IMG/VR virus record: IMGVR_UViG_2930438282_000001
Location: 17,042-81,041 of that record
Strand: one strand, 5' to 3'
Source of the DNA: a virus
Taxonomy: Duplodnaviria > Caudoviricetes
DNA length: 64,000 nt
The notes beneath the pieces were generated by a model. That model searched no databases and was not told the DNA's origin. It worked only from the letters and a program-made list of their open reading frames with translations. Positions 1 to 7,724 of this stretch are shown piece after piece. Numbering within the stretch: the stretch's first letter is position 1; every line of letters starts with the position of its first letter. A program made the position numbers and the translations under genes.

Positions 1-435
1 GCGGAACACGGTCCGGTACAGCTGCGGGGCGACAACCCGCATCCCGAAATCGACCGCCGGCTTCAGGAATGGGTAGGTGGAGCCGTTCTTCAGGCCGGTC
101 TCCAGGTAGAGGCCGTACTTGCTGGCCGGGGTCCGTCCGTACGGTGGGGTGAACCCGGCGGCGGTGCCGACCTTCGTCTCCCACCCGCGGCCGTTGAAGA
201 TGACCGGGCTGTGGGTGAGGGACCGGCGGAGTGTTCCGGAGATGACGGCCGGGCCGGTGCCTGGCCGAGCTGGGGTGGGCGTGCCCCGCTTGTGCGCGCC
301 CACCGACGCGTTGATCTTCGCCTGGCGTTCGATCACCAATGCCAGCTGAGTGAGCACGCGGCGTGCTTTCAGCTGCCCCTCACGCTGCACCTCAGCGAAA
401 ATCCGAGTGAACACGCCCGGCCGGAGTTCCCCCAC
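1..435 (-). CDS. HK97 gp10-like tail completion/neck protein (3' truncated)
   Basis: Manual translation from GTG 435: VGELRPG...GPAVISGTLRRSL...KYGLYLETG...YPFLKPA, gp10-like motifs. Confidence 0.7.
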   Translation of the reverse strand, partial: MGELRPGVFTRIFAEVQREGQLKARRVLTQLALVIERQAKINASVGAHKRGTPTPARPGTGPAVISGTLRRSLTHSPVIFNGRGWETKVGTAAGFTPPYGRTPASKYGLYLETGLKNGSTYPFLKPAVDFGMRVVAPQLYRTVFR

Positions 436-438
436 GGG

Positions 439-711
439 TCACCCCCGTTCCCGCTCTGCACGCCGGCGTTCCCGGTCCATCTCGCGTTCCTCTTGCTCGG
501 CGATCATGCCGAGGAAGTCGAGGCAGTAACGGCGCACGTACACCGGGGTCTGCTGGAGCTGCTCCCACGACCAGTGCATCCGCCTCATCAGTGCGAAGTC
601 GGTCCACTCCGCAGGCGCGGGGACACTTCCGCCCCACGTGCCCTCGATGATCGATTCGACCGGGAGGAGGACGTCCTCGTAGTACGGAGAACCTGGGCCT
701 ACCGAGGGTCC
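439..711 (-). CDS. Tail assembly chaperone extension (gpT-like), probably reached by -1 frameshift
   Basis: Open -1 frame overlapping the TAC end: ...EWTDFALMRRMHWSWEQLQQTPVYVRRYCLDFL...; no good own start. Confidence 0.65.
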   Translation of the reverse strand, partial: GPSVGPGSPYYEDVLLPVESIIEGTWGGSVPAPAEWTDFALMRRMHWSWEQLQQTPVYVRRYCLDFLGMIAEQEEREMDRERRRAERERG

Positions 712-1103
712 GCGACCCGGCCGACCTCCTCGCCGATGCGGTTGAGGATCGCGAGGGGCAGACGGGCGATGTTCTCCACATTGATCTTGCCCAGTCGCTG
801 CTGCTCACCCGCACCCAGCGACTCGAAGAGCGCGGCAGGGTCGGCTTCCGGGTCGATGTCCAGGGTCGCGTCCGGGGCGAACGCTTCATAGACCTTCCAG
901 GCGACGATGAGCCGGGCCATGACCTTGTACATGGCCTCCTGCGCCGCCTTCGGGTCCAGGGGCTCGCCCTTTTCGTCGGTGGGCACGTCCTCCGGCTGGA
1001 TCTCGGACGGCGGCAGCAGCTGCGGGTTCTTCATCAGCACGCTGACGTTGTCGCCAAGGTCAGGGAACTGGAGCAGGACGTAGGGGTTCGTGTAGCCGGA
1101 CAT
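699..1103 (-). CDS. Tail assembly chaperone (gpG-like)
   Basis: 134 aa directly after tail tube gene, RBS AGGAGA, ends ...ADPR. Confidence 0.75.
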   Translation of the reverse strand: MSGYTNPYVLLQFPDLGDNVSVLMKNPQLLPPSEIQPEDVPTDEKGEPLDPKAAQEAMYKVMARLIVAWKVYEAFAPDATLDIDPEADPAALFESLGAGEQQRLGKINVENIARLPLAILNRIGEEVGRVADPR

Positions 1104-1116
1104 GTTTCTCCTAGCA

Positions 1117-1181
1117 GAGGGCGTTGAGGGCGTGAGACCCCCGGCCGTGCCGCGACGCCCTCACGCGCGGCACGGCCGGGG
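1117..1181 (-). other. 16-bp hairpin with loop complementary to two downstream repeats (possible pseudoknot/terminator)
   Basis: Arms 1139-1154/1166-1181; loop ACGCCCTCA complementary to TGAGGGCGT 1125-1133 and GAGGGCGT 1117-1124. Confidence 0.6.
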
Positions 1182-1187
1182 AGTTGA

Positions 1188-2351
1188 TCAGTAGGCGGTC
1201 GACACGAAGTTCTTCAGGACCGCCTGCACCGAGCCGGAGTCGGCGGCGTTGTAGACGCCGGAGACCTCGAAGTCCGCGGTCACGTACGTGCCGGACACAT
1301 CGGGCTTGCCCTTGGACCAGCCGCCCTGCGTCGTCGTGATCGTCAACGCCGAGCCGGCCGCGTCGACGCCCGCGCCGACCGGCTGCACGAGGCTCATGCT
1401 GGTCGGGTTGTTCTGCAGGGCCTGCAGGTAGAGGTTGTAGTCCGTGTCGTTCTCGTAGATCGCCTTGTAGGTGATGTCAGCGTCGAGGACGCCGGAGAAC
1501 ACCTCACGCGGCTGCTGCGAGCCGTTGGACGCGTGGATGGCCTCCACTGGCCGCTTGAGCGCCAGCTCGTACGACAGGCCGCGCGTCGAGGCTGCGCCGG
1601 CGTTGGTCATGGCGAACTGCCAGCCCAGCAGCGGGGCGGGCACAGAGAACGCGGGAGTGAACGGGCCTGCCTGGATGCTGGGGATCCAGCCGGTGTACTT
1701 GGCGCCGCAGGTGACGATGCCCTTCGGATCGACCTTGATCGATACGTCGGACAGCATCTGGCCGGTGTAGCCCCACGCTTCCAGGACGTTCGACTGGGTC
1801 AGGCTGTAGGTGGGCTTCGGCGTGGTCGCGGACTGCTTGAACGTGTGCGTGGTCTGGGACACGACGGTGGCGCCGGACGCGTGCGCGTACGTGAGGCCGC
1901 TGGTCGGGCTGGCGATAGGGATCGTGTACGGGCCGGAGCCGGTCGGGGTACCGGTGGTGGCGTACTCCACCTTCGTCCCGGTATCGATCATGATCGTGGA
2001 GCCGACAGGGATCGACGCGGCCACGCTGATTGACGTCGCGCCGGCGATCGTCGCAGACGACAGCGTCGTGGAAACCCCGGCCGTGACGGTGTCCGGGCCG
2101 ATGATGCGCAGCGCGTAGCCGAGCGCGTCCGGGTAGCCGTTGAACTCCAGGTCGACGGCGGACTCGCCCGCGCCCTGGTACAGGCCCTGCAGGTTGGAGT
2201 CGTTGGCGCGGTAAGACTCGTCCCGCAGCTGGTCGTAGTTGATCTCGAAGTCGAGCTTGGTGCAGGCCAGGTAGTACGAGGGCGTCACCCACGTGCCCTG
2301 CGTGGTCTCCTTGGCGAGGCCCACGTATGCGAGCCGTCCGAGCAGGGTCAC
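1188..2351 (-). CDS. Major tail tube protein with inserted ~80-aa beta domain
   Basis: 387 aa, N-term YVGLAKETTQGT typical of tail tube; Thr/Ser/Gly-rich insert. Confidence 0.85.
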   Translation of the reverse strand: MTLLGRLAYVGLAKETTQGTWVTPSYYLACTKLDFEINYDQLRDESYRANDSNLQGLYQGAGESAVDLEFNGYPDALGYALRIIGPDTVTAGVSTTLSSATIAGATSISVAASIPVGSTIMIDTGTKVEYATTGTPTGSGPYTIPIASPTSGLTYAHASGATVVSQTTHTFKQSATTPKPTYSLTQSNVLEAWGYTGQMLSDVSIKVDPKGIVTCGAKYTGWIPSIQAGPFTPAFSVPAPLLGWQFAMTNAGAASTRGLSYELALKRPVEAIHASNGSQQPREVFSGVLDADITYKAIYENDTDYNLYLQALQNNPTSMSLVQPVGAGVDAAGSALTITTTQGGWSKGKPDVSGTYVTADFEVSGVYNAADSGSVQAVLKNFVSTAY

Positions 2352-2608
2352 CGCGGCTCACCTCCATCCTTGTCGGTGTCCGCCGCGGCGGCGCGCTTCC
2401 TGCTGGGGGCCTTGGCCGGCGTCTCGTCGGCGACAGGCTCGGGTTCGTCTTCGAGGAGAGTCCAGCCGTCGAGGAGGGCCGGGAGTTCGGCCGTCTCGCC
2501 GGGCAGCACCGCGTAGGCCGGGTGCTCCTTGGTCTCGGCGACGTTGTAGGCGTAGGGGGTGGTGTTGCGCTGCCGGACCAGCGGCGGAGTATCGGCTTCC
2601 TGGCTCAC
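2348..2608 (-). CDS. Small phage virion-cluster protein
   Basis: 86 aa from GTG with RBS CAGGAG; GTGA overlap with tail tube gene. Confidence 0.65.
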   Translation of the reverse strand: MSQEADTPPLVRQRNTTPYAYNVAETKEHPAYAVLPGETAELPALLDGWTLLEDEPEPVADETPAKAPSRKRAAAADTDKDGGEPR

Positions 2609-2636
2609 GGGGGCTCCTGGGGCGGGCGGGGGCATG

Positions 2637-2659
2637 AAAAAGGCCCCGCTGCCGGGGCC
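2637..2659 (-). terminator. Intrinsic terminator-like hairpin
   Basis: GGCCCCG-GCAG-CGGGGCC followed by TTTTT on minus strand. Confidence 0.6.
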
Positions 2660-2680
2660 GGGAAGGGAGAAGGGGACGGG

Positions 2681-3172
2681 TCAGGAGGTGTAGTCCTGGT
2701 CGTCCGCCTGGTAGGTGATCTGCGCGGTGAGCTCGGCCTTCGCCAGGATCGATGCCTCGGGGTCTCCGAACAGGACGTCGATCGCAGCCGGATCCTCGGC
2801 GACGGACAAGAAGCGGGCACCGTGCGTCTTGTCCATGAACAGGCCGGACACACGCTGCACCACGGCGTCCACGGCCGTATCGAAGTCGCGCTGCACTGAC
2901 TCGGCCTGCCCGCTGGGCGAGGACTGCGGCCAGTACAGGCGCAGCATGAACGTGTGGTGGTTGATCTTCCGGTTGAAGCCGAACCGCTCCACCCGCAGGT
3001 TGCTGCGCGTCACGTAGAGCCGGGACTGCCGCTGCGCCCCGGTTCTGGGCACGTACGCCTGCACAACGTCGAACGGTCCGCCATCCGCCTTCAGGAGCGC
3101 CGGCAGACCGTCGGAGAAGTCGTACGCCTTCAGCCACGCGGTCTCGCGGGTCACGGCGTCTGCTGTGCTCAC
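2681..3172 (-). CDS. Tail terminator/completion-like protein
   Basis: 163 aa from GTG, RBS GGGAGG; position between connector and tail tube; C-term ITYQADD. Confidence 0.65.
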   Translation of the reverse strand: MSTADAVTRETAWLKAYDFSDGLPALLKADGGPFDVVQAYVPRTGAQRQSRLYVTRSNLRVERFGFNRKINHHTFMLRLYWPQSSPSGQAESVQRDFDTAVDAVVQRVSGLFMDKTHGARFLSVAEDPAAIDVLFGDPEASILAKAELTAQITYQADDQDYTS

Positions 3173-3188
3173 CGTGCCTCCCGTCGGC

Positions 3189-3857
3189 TCAGCTGGGCTG
3201 GTAGCGGCACAGGATCGCCTCGGCTTGCTTGTCCAGCGCGGCGGGGTCGTGGCCGAACTGGGTGCCACCCGGGTCGATTTCACCGAGCACCAGCACGGCC
3301 GCCTTCAACTTGCAGGCGCGTGCAAGGTCGGCAGGGACCGTGGTGTACCCGCCGTCGTAGGTGACGCGGATCAGCGAGCCGACAGGCAGGAACGTGCCGA
3401 GCTGGAACCACACATGCCCGCTGTCGGGTTCGGCCCCGAGCAGCGTCGTCGAGGCGACGGTCGACGTGCCGCCGTAGGACCGGAGGATCGTGACCTGCAG
3501 GTTGGCGTAGGTCCACATGTCCGGGTACCGACCGGCGTACTCGTTCAGCCAGCAGTGCCGCACCTGGTCGCTCGCGCCGAGCGCGTCGGCGTAGGACCGG
3601 CCGAGCGTGCCCTGCAGGTCCATGGGCATGTTGCTGGCGTCGGAGTACTCGTCCGGGTCGATCCCGGTGGCCCGGTGTGTTTCCGGCAAGCCCGTGAACG
3701 GCGCCAGGCGGCGTCCGGCGATGCCCTCGCACAAGCGCGTGGACTCAACCATCAACTGATCGATGTCCGACGCGCTGTAGTCGCGTACCAGGTCCGCGAA
3801 CTGCCCCTCCTGCATGTCCGCGCTGGTGGCGAGCGGGATGGGGCAGTCCGCGGCCAT
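3189..3857 (-). CDS. Head-tail connector/adaptor protein
   Basis: 222 aa; IRVTYDGGYTTVPADLARAC motif typical of gp6-like adaptors. Confidence 0.75.
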   Translation of the reverse strand: MAADCPIPLATSADMQEGQFADLVRDYSASDIDQLMVESTRLCEGIAGRRLAPFTGLPETHRATGIDPDEYSDASNMPMDLQGTLGRSYADALGASDQVRHCWLNEYAGRYPDMWTYANLQVTILRSYGGTSTVASTTLLGAEPDSGHVWFQLGTFLPVGSLIRVTYDGGYTTVPADLARACKLKAAVLVLGEIDPGGTQFGHDPAALDKQAEAILCRYQPS

Positions 3858-3860
3858 GGG

Positions 3861-4217
3861 CTACTCCTCGACCTTGCGCGAGGCGGCGGTCTTTCGGGCT
3901 GCTGCGGTCTTCTTGGCGGGCGGTGTCGGCTCGGGTTCGCCGGTGGAGGCCTTGGGGTCGATCTCGGAGAACTCCTTCTTCTCCGGGTCCTCCGGGTCCT
4001 TGTCACCCTCCGGGTCCCCGTCCTCGGGATCCTTGGGATCCTCGGGTTCCTTCGGGTCCTCGTCGCCGGGCGGGGTGACCTCGCTGAAGCCGGCATCCGT
4101 GATCGCCATGAGCGCGGCGATCTGCTCCGCGTCGTCGATCTCGACGACGGCGCCGTCCTCCGGCCAGACATGGCCGAACGAGTCGCTGCCCGCTGCGGCC
4201 TTGCGGATGAGAGCCAT
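3861..4217 (-). CDS. Acidic low-complexity head-associated protein
   Basis: 118 aa after capsid gene, RBS AAGGAG, EDPK repeats and Lys/Ala tail. Confidence 0.7.
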   Translation of the reverse strand: MALIRKAAAGSDSFGHVWPEDGAVVEIDDAEQIAALMAITDAGFSEVTPPGDEDPKEPEDPKDPEDGDPEGDKDPEDPEKKEFSEIDPKASTGEPEPTPPAKKTAAARKTAASRKVEE

Positions 4218-4279
4218 GCTCTCCACTCCTTGGGGTTGAGCGCGGCGCGCCACCCAGGCAGGTGGCGCGCCACTGGGGG

Positions 4280-5647
4280 TCAGCTGGACAGGGAGGTCGT
4301 GACGCGGGCTAGACGGCCCAGGTACTTCGGCGCCCGCACAGCCAGGGTGGTGTCCGACGCGATCGCGAAGGGCAGCTGGTCCGGGCCGGCAGTGGTCGGG
4401 TACACGTCGAGCGGCGTGAGCTCGCGGACGTACGGACGGACCACGAAGTTCTGGTCACGGGCCATCAGGTAGATGTTCTCCTGGCCGGCCGCCTGCGGCT
4501 TCACCGAGGCGTTGGTGCCGACGTACGTCGCCGGGCCCTGCGCCGGGACGGTGGAGGCGTTCTTCGGGGTGAGCTTGGTGCCGTCGTCGACGATGCTCGT
4601 GGTGAGGATCGGGGTGACACCGTCCGCGGCGAGACCGACGGTCGCGTCGACGTAGCCGAGGAACGTCTCACCGCCGGTCGCGGTGCCGCGGAACACCTTG
4701 TAGAGGTTCGGCTGGGAGCCGTCCAGGCCGGCCGGGGTGGAGAAGGACAGGGTGACCGTGCTGGTCGAGCCGGTGGTGGCCTGGGACACCTCGGCTGACG
4801 GGAGGATCTCGCCCTGGCGGGCGATGACCGGGACGATCTGGTAGTAGTACGTGTTCGCGGCCAGGGTGCCGCCGGTGGTGGCGGTGGCCGTGGTGACGGT
4901 GCCCATGCCGAACGAACGCGCCGACAGGAACGACGTCTTGATAATCGGGATGTCCCGGTAGGTGGGCACGTTCAGACCACCGGCGACCTCGACCCGGTCG
5001 GAGAACCGCTGCTGCGCCTGCAGGAGCTGCGCGACCTTCGACGCGGCGGTGGAGCTCATGACGAGCATCCACTGGGCGTCGTAGATGCCCATCGCGGCCT
5101 GCTGCTCGACCATGTCGATCAGCTTGTCGAGGGCGCCCAGCGACATCGCGGCGTTGAAGTCGATCGCGTTCTGGTTGGAGCCGGAGAACGTGCTGACGAG
5201 GGAGTCGAGGCCGTCGAACTGCGGGTAGGCGCCGAGCTGCGTGGAGGCGCTGTTGCCCCACAGGACCGCGTTCTCGATGTCCCAGTACAGGCCCTGGATC
5301 GCGCCCTCGACTTCCTGCTGCTTCAGGTCGCCGATCAGGCCCTTCGTCACGGCCTGGGAGTAGCCGGTGACCGCGCCCACGCTCTGCATGTTGCGGATCG
5401 TGAACTGGTTCTGCACGTACGTGCTGTTGGAGACCGATCGGGCGCCACCGTCGGTGACGAAGCCGCCAGCCGCACGGGCGGTGCGCTGGTTGAAGTAGTA
5501 GACCGTCGAGTCCCACTTCTTGGTGGGGATCGCCCGCACGAGCGGGGCGTAGCGCCGCTGGTACTCCAGCAGCATCGGGTCGACGATCGTGGGGACGAGC
5601 GGGGCTGCGCCGGACGCGGTCAGCGCCTCACGGAGCTCGTTGCTCAT
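4280..5647 (-). CDS. Major capsid protein (HK97 fold) with inserted Ig/FN3-like domain
   Basis: 455 aa after protease/scaffold; AVLWGN, QFDGL motifs; insert TLAANTYYYQIV...YKVFRG. Confidence 0.85.
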   Translation of the reverse strand: MSNELREALTASGAAPLVPTIVDPMLLEYQRRYAPLVRAIPTKKWDSTVYYFNQRTARAAGGFVTDGGARSVSNSTYVQNQFTIRNMQSVGAVTGYSQAVTKGLIGDLKQQEVEGAIQGLYWDIENAVLWGNSASTQLGAYPQFDGLDSLVSTFSGSNQNAIDFNAAMSLGALDKLIDMVEQQAAMGIYDAQWMLVMSSTAASKVAQLLQAQQRFSDRVEVAGGLNVPTYRDIPIIKTSFLSARSFGMGTVTTATATTGGTLAANTYYYQIVPVIARQGEILPSAEVSQATTGSTSTVTLSFSTPAGLDGSQPNLYKVFRGTATGGETFLGYVDATVGLAADGVTPILTTSIVDDGTKLTPKNASTVPAQGPATYVGTNASVKPQAAGQENIYLMARDQNFVVRPYVRELTPLDVYPTTAGPDQLPFAIASDTTLAVRAPKYLGRLARVTTSLSS

Positions 5648-5650
5648 GGT

Positions 5651-5792
5651 GATGCCTGCTTTCGGCAGAAGGGGGATATGGCGAAGCCCCGCGCACCAAG
5701 ACGGGGTGGCGGGGCTGGGCGACCATCACTGCCGAAGCGGCACCAGCAGCAGCTGGCGGTCAGGTGGTTCAGGGGGACGCCGGGGTGGCGTC
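5651..5792 (-). ncRNA. Candidate structured cis-regulatory RNA in capsid leader
   Basis: Nested inverted repeats 5651-5668/5729-5744 and 5685-5692/5709-5716; outer stem covers the capsid RBS. Confidence 0.4.
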
Positions 5793-7706
5793 TTACTCGG
5801 CGGGGCCGCGGCCGTTGAACACCGCGCCGGTGACGACCGGTGCGATGTGCTGGCGCCACTCTTCCTGCGTGTACTCGTGGAGCGGCTTCGCGGGCGCGCC
5901 CTCGGGCAGGCCCGAGGCGGTCGGACCGGTGGCCGACGTCTCCGTGACCGGCTCGACGAGGCCCTTGCGGGACGGGCCGCCGGTGGTCTCGACGTGTTCC
6001 TGGATCGCCTTCGGCAGCGCCGCGGCGACGCCCTCGGCGATCAGACGCTGGATGCGCTGGTCCTCGGTCTCCGTGACCTCGGCAGCGGCGGCCGGGGCTG
6101 CGGCCTGGGTCTCGGCGACCGGCTCGGCCGGCGCGGACTCTGTCGGGGTCGCGGGCGCGACGGGCGCCGGGCCGAGGCGGGAGAGGAGCTTTTCGAACTG
6201 CTCGTCGGTCAGGTGGACCCCACCAGCGGCGGGGACGGCAGCGGTCTCAGCCGCCGGGGTGGTGGACTCCGCCATGGCGGGCCCCTCCTTCTCTTCGGTG
6301 GGGATGTCGGCGGCCGGAGGCTCCGGCGCCGATGTCTCGGTGAGGGCGCGTCGGGCATCGATGGCCTGATTGACCAGGCCAGCAGTCACCACCACGCCAG
6401 GCTTGAGCAGGCCGGACTCTTCGAGGAGCCGCTGCTGGGCCGCTGTGAGGGGCTCGCCTGCCCTGACGTACGCCAGGCTCTCCATGGCGTCGTCGCCGTC
6501 ACCGTCGTCGTCCTCGCCCATGCAGTGCGCGCACTGTCCTCCAGAGCACTGGCACGGGCACGCGCCGGGCGTCTCAGGGATCGCGCAGCCGCAGCCACAA
6601 GGGCACGGCGCGCCAGCCGCGGTGGCCGTGGGGGTGTCGTCGCCGGGCTCGCCGGGGACGTCCACGTCGGCGTCGAGGTCCGGGTCGATGTTGACGAGCG
6701 TCTGTACGGCGCCAGCCATCGCTGCCCGGCCGACCGCGTCCAAGTCGTGGGGGTCGAGGCTGTACGACGAAACCGTCACTGTGGTCGGGCCGTTGGTGAG
6801 GGAGACGTACAGGTTCCCGGCGTCCGCCGAGTCCATGCCCCAGCACTCGGCGAGTGCCTCCGTCACCTGGGAGGCCGGCTCGATCAGCCAGCCCTCCTGC
6901 GCGGCGACCTGCACCCCGAAGCTCTTCAGTGCTTTGACGATGCGCTGCTTCACCCGCTTCAGCTGCGCTGAGGTGTACAGGCGGGCGTTGTCGGCCTGGC
7001 TGATGTACGACCAGGCGCTCTTCGCGTGGGCCTTGGTGTCGAGCGGGTACCGCTTCTTCTTGTCCGACTGGTAGCCGGGGTCGGCGTATGCGACGTCGCC
7101 GTACGGCTTGCTGGCGTCGCCGTCCTTCGCTTCGGCTTCCGTGACGGTCGTGGTCACCAGCGCCTCCTGCACTGACTCGGTGATGAGCACCCGGCCTTCG
7201 GGCGCGGTCTCCGCCGGGGCGCCCGCCGCCGTCGGGGTGAAGCTGTCGACCTGGGCTCCGAGCACGCCGGGCTTCCGGGTGAAGTCCAGACCGTCCAGCT
7301 CGAGGTCATCGGCGGTCTGCACCTGGGCGCCGTCCGGGCCGCGCTCGTTGCGGACTTTGCCCACCCACGCGCCGCGGATGGACACGCCCTTGAGGAAGGG
7401 CCGGCCTTTGCGGGTGTCGACCAGGGAGGCGATCTTGTGGGCCTCGTCGGTGTCTGCGAGGTCAGCGGTGAAGGCGGCTCTGCCGTCCTCGAGCTGGGTG
7501 ACGCTGGTGAGTTGGCCAACGATTTGGGTGGAGTCGTCGTCGGCCGCGTGGTGGGTGAGCATCGTGAGCGGCGCGCCGTCCTCTTCGATGCGGGCCTTGG
7601 CGCGCTGCACGGCCCGGCCGATCGCCTCGGCCGTGTACAGGCGGCCGTTGCGGGAGACGCCGGGGACGAGGGCGATGCCGGTGATGGTGCCAATGCGATC
7701 GGCCAC
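5793..7706 (-). CDS. Prohead protease-scaffold fusion with DUF6582-like and Cys-rich inserts
   Basis: 637 aa; GVSRNGRLY, LTHH, GVSIRG, LDFTRKPG protease-like N-term; YADPGY..KRYPLDT..AWSYI domain; acidic Ala/Pro scaffold-like C-term. Confidence 0.8.
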   Translation of the reverse strand: MADRIGTITGIALVPGVSRNGRLYTAEAIGRAVQRAKARIEEDGAPLTMLTHHAADDDSTQIVGQLTSVTQLEDGRAAFTADLADTDEAHKIASLVDTRKGRPFLKGVSIRGAWVGKVRNERGPDGAQVQTADDLELDGLDFTRKPGVLGAQVDSFTPTAAGAPAETAPEGRVLITESVQEALVTTTVTEAEAKDGDASKPYGDVAYADPGYQSDKKKRYPLDTKAHAKSAWSYISQADNARLYTSAQLKRVKQRIVKALKSFGVQVAAQEGWLIEPASQVTEALAECWGMDSADAGNLYVSLTNGPTTVTVSSYSLDPHDLDAVGRAAMAGAVQTLVNIDPDLDADVDVPGEPGDDTPTATAAGAPCPCGCGCAIPETPGACPCQCSGGQCAHCMGEDDDGDGDDAMESLAYVRAGEPLTAAQQRLLEESGLLKPGVVVTAGLVNQAIDARRALTETSAPEPPAADIPTEEKEGPAMAESTTPAAETAAVPAAGGVHLTDEQFEKLLSRLGPAPVAPATPTESAPAEPVAETQAAAPAAAAEVTETEDQRIQRLIAEGVAAALPKAIQEHVETTGGPSRKGLVEPVTETSATGPTASGLPEGAPAKPLHEYTQEEWRQHIAPVVTGAVFNGRGPAE

Positions 7707-7724
7707 GCGGGCCTCCCTTCAGGG

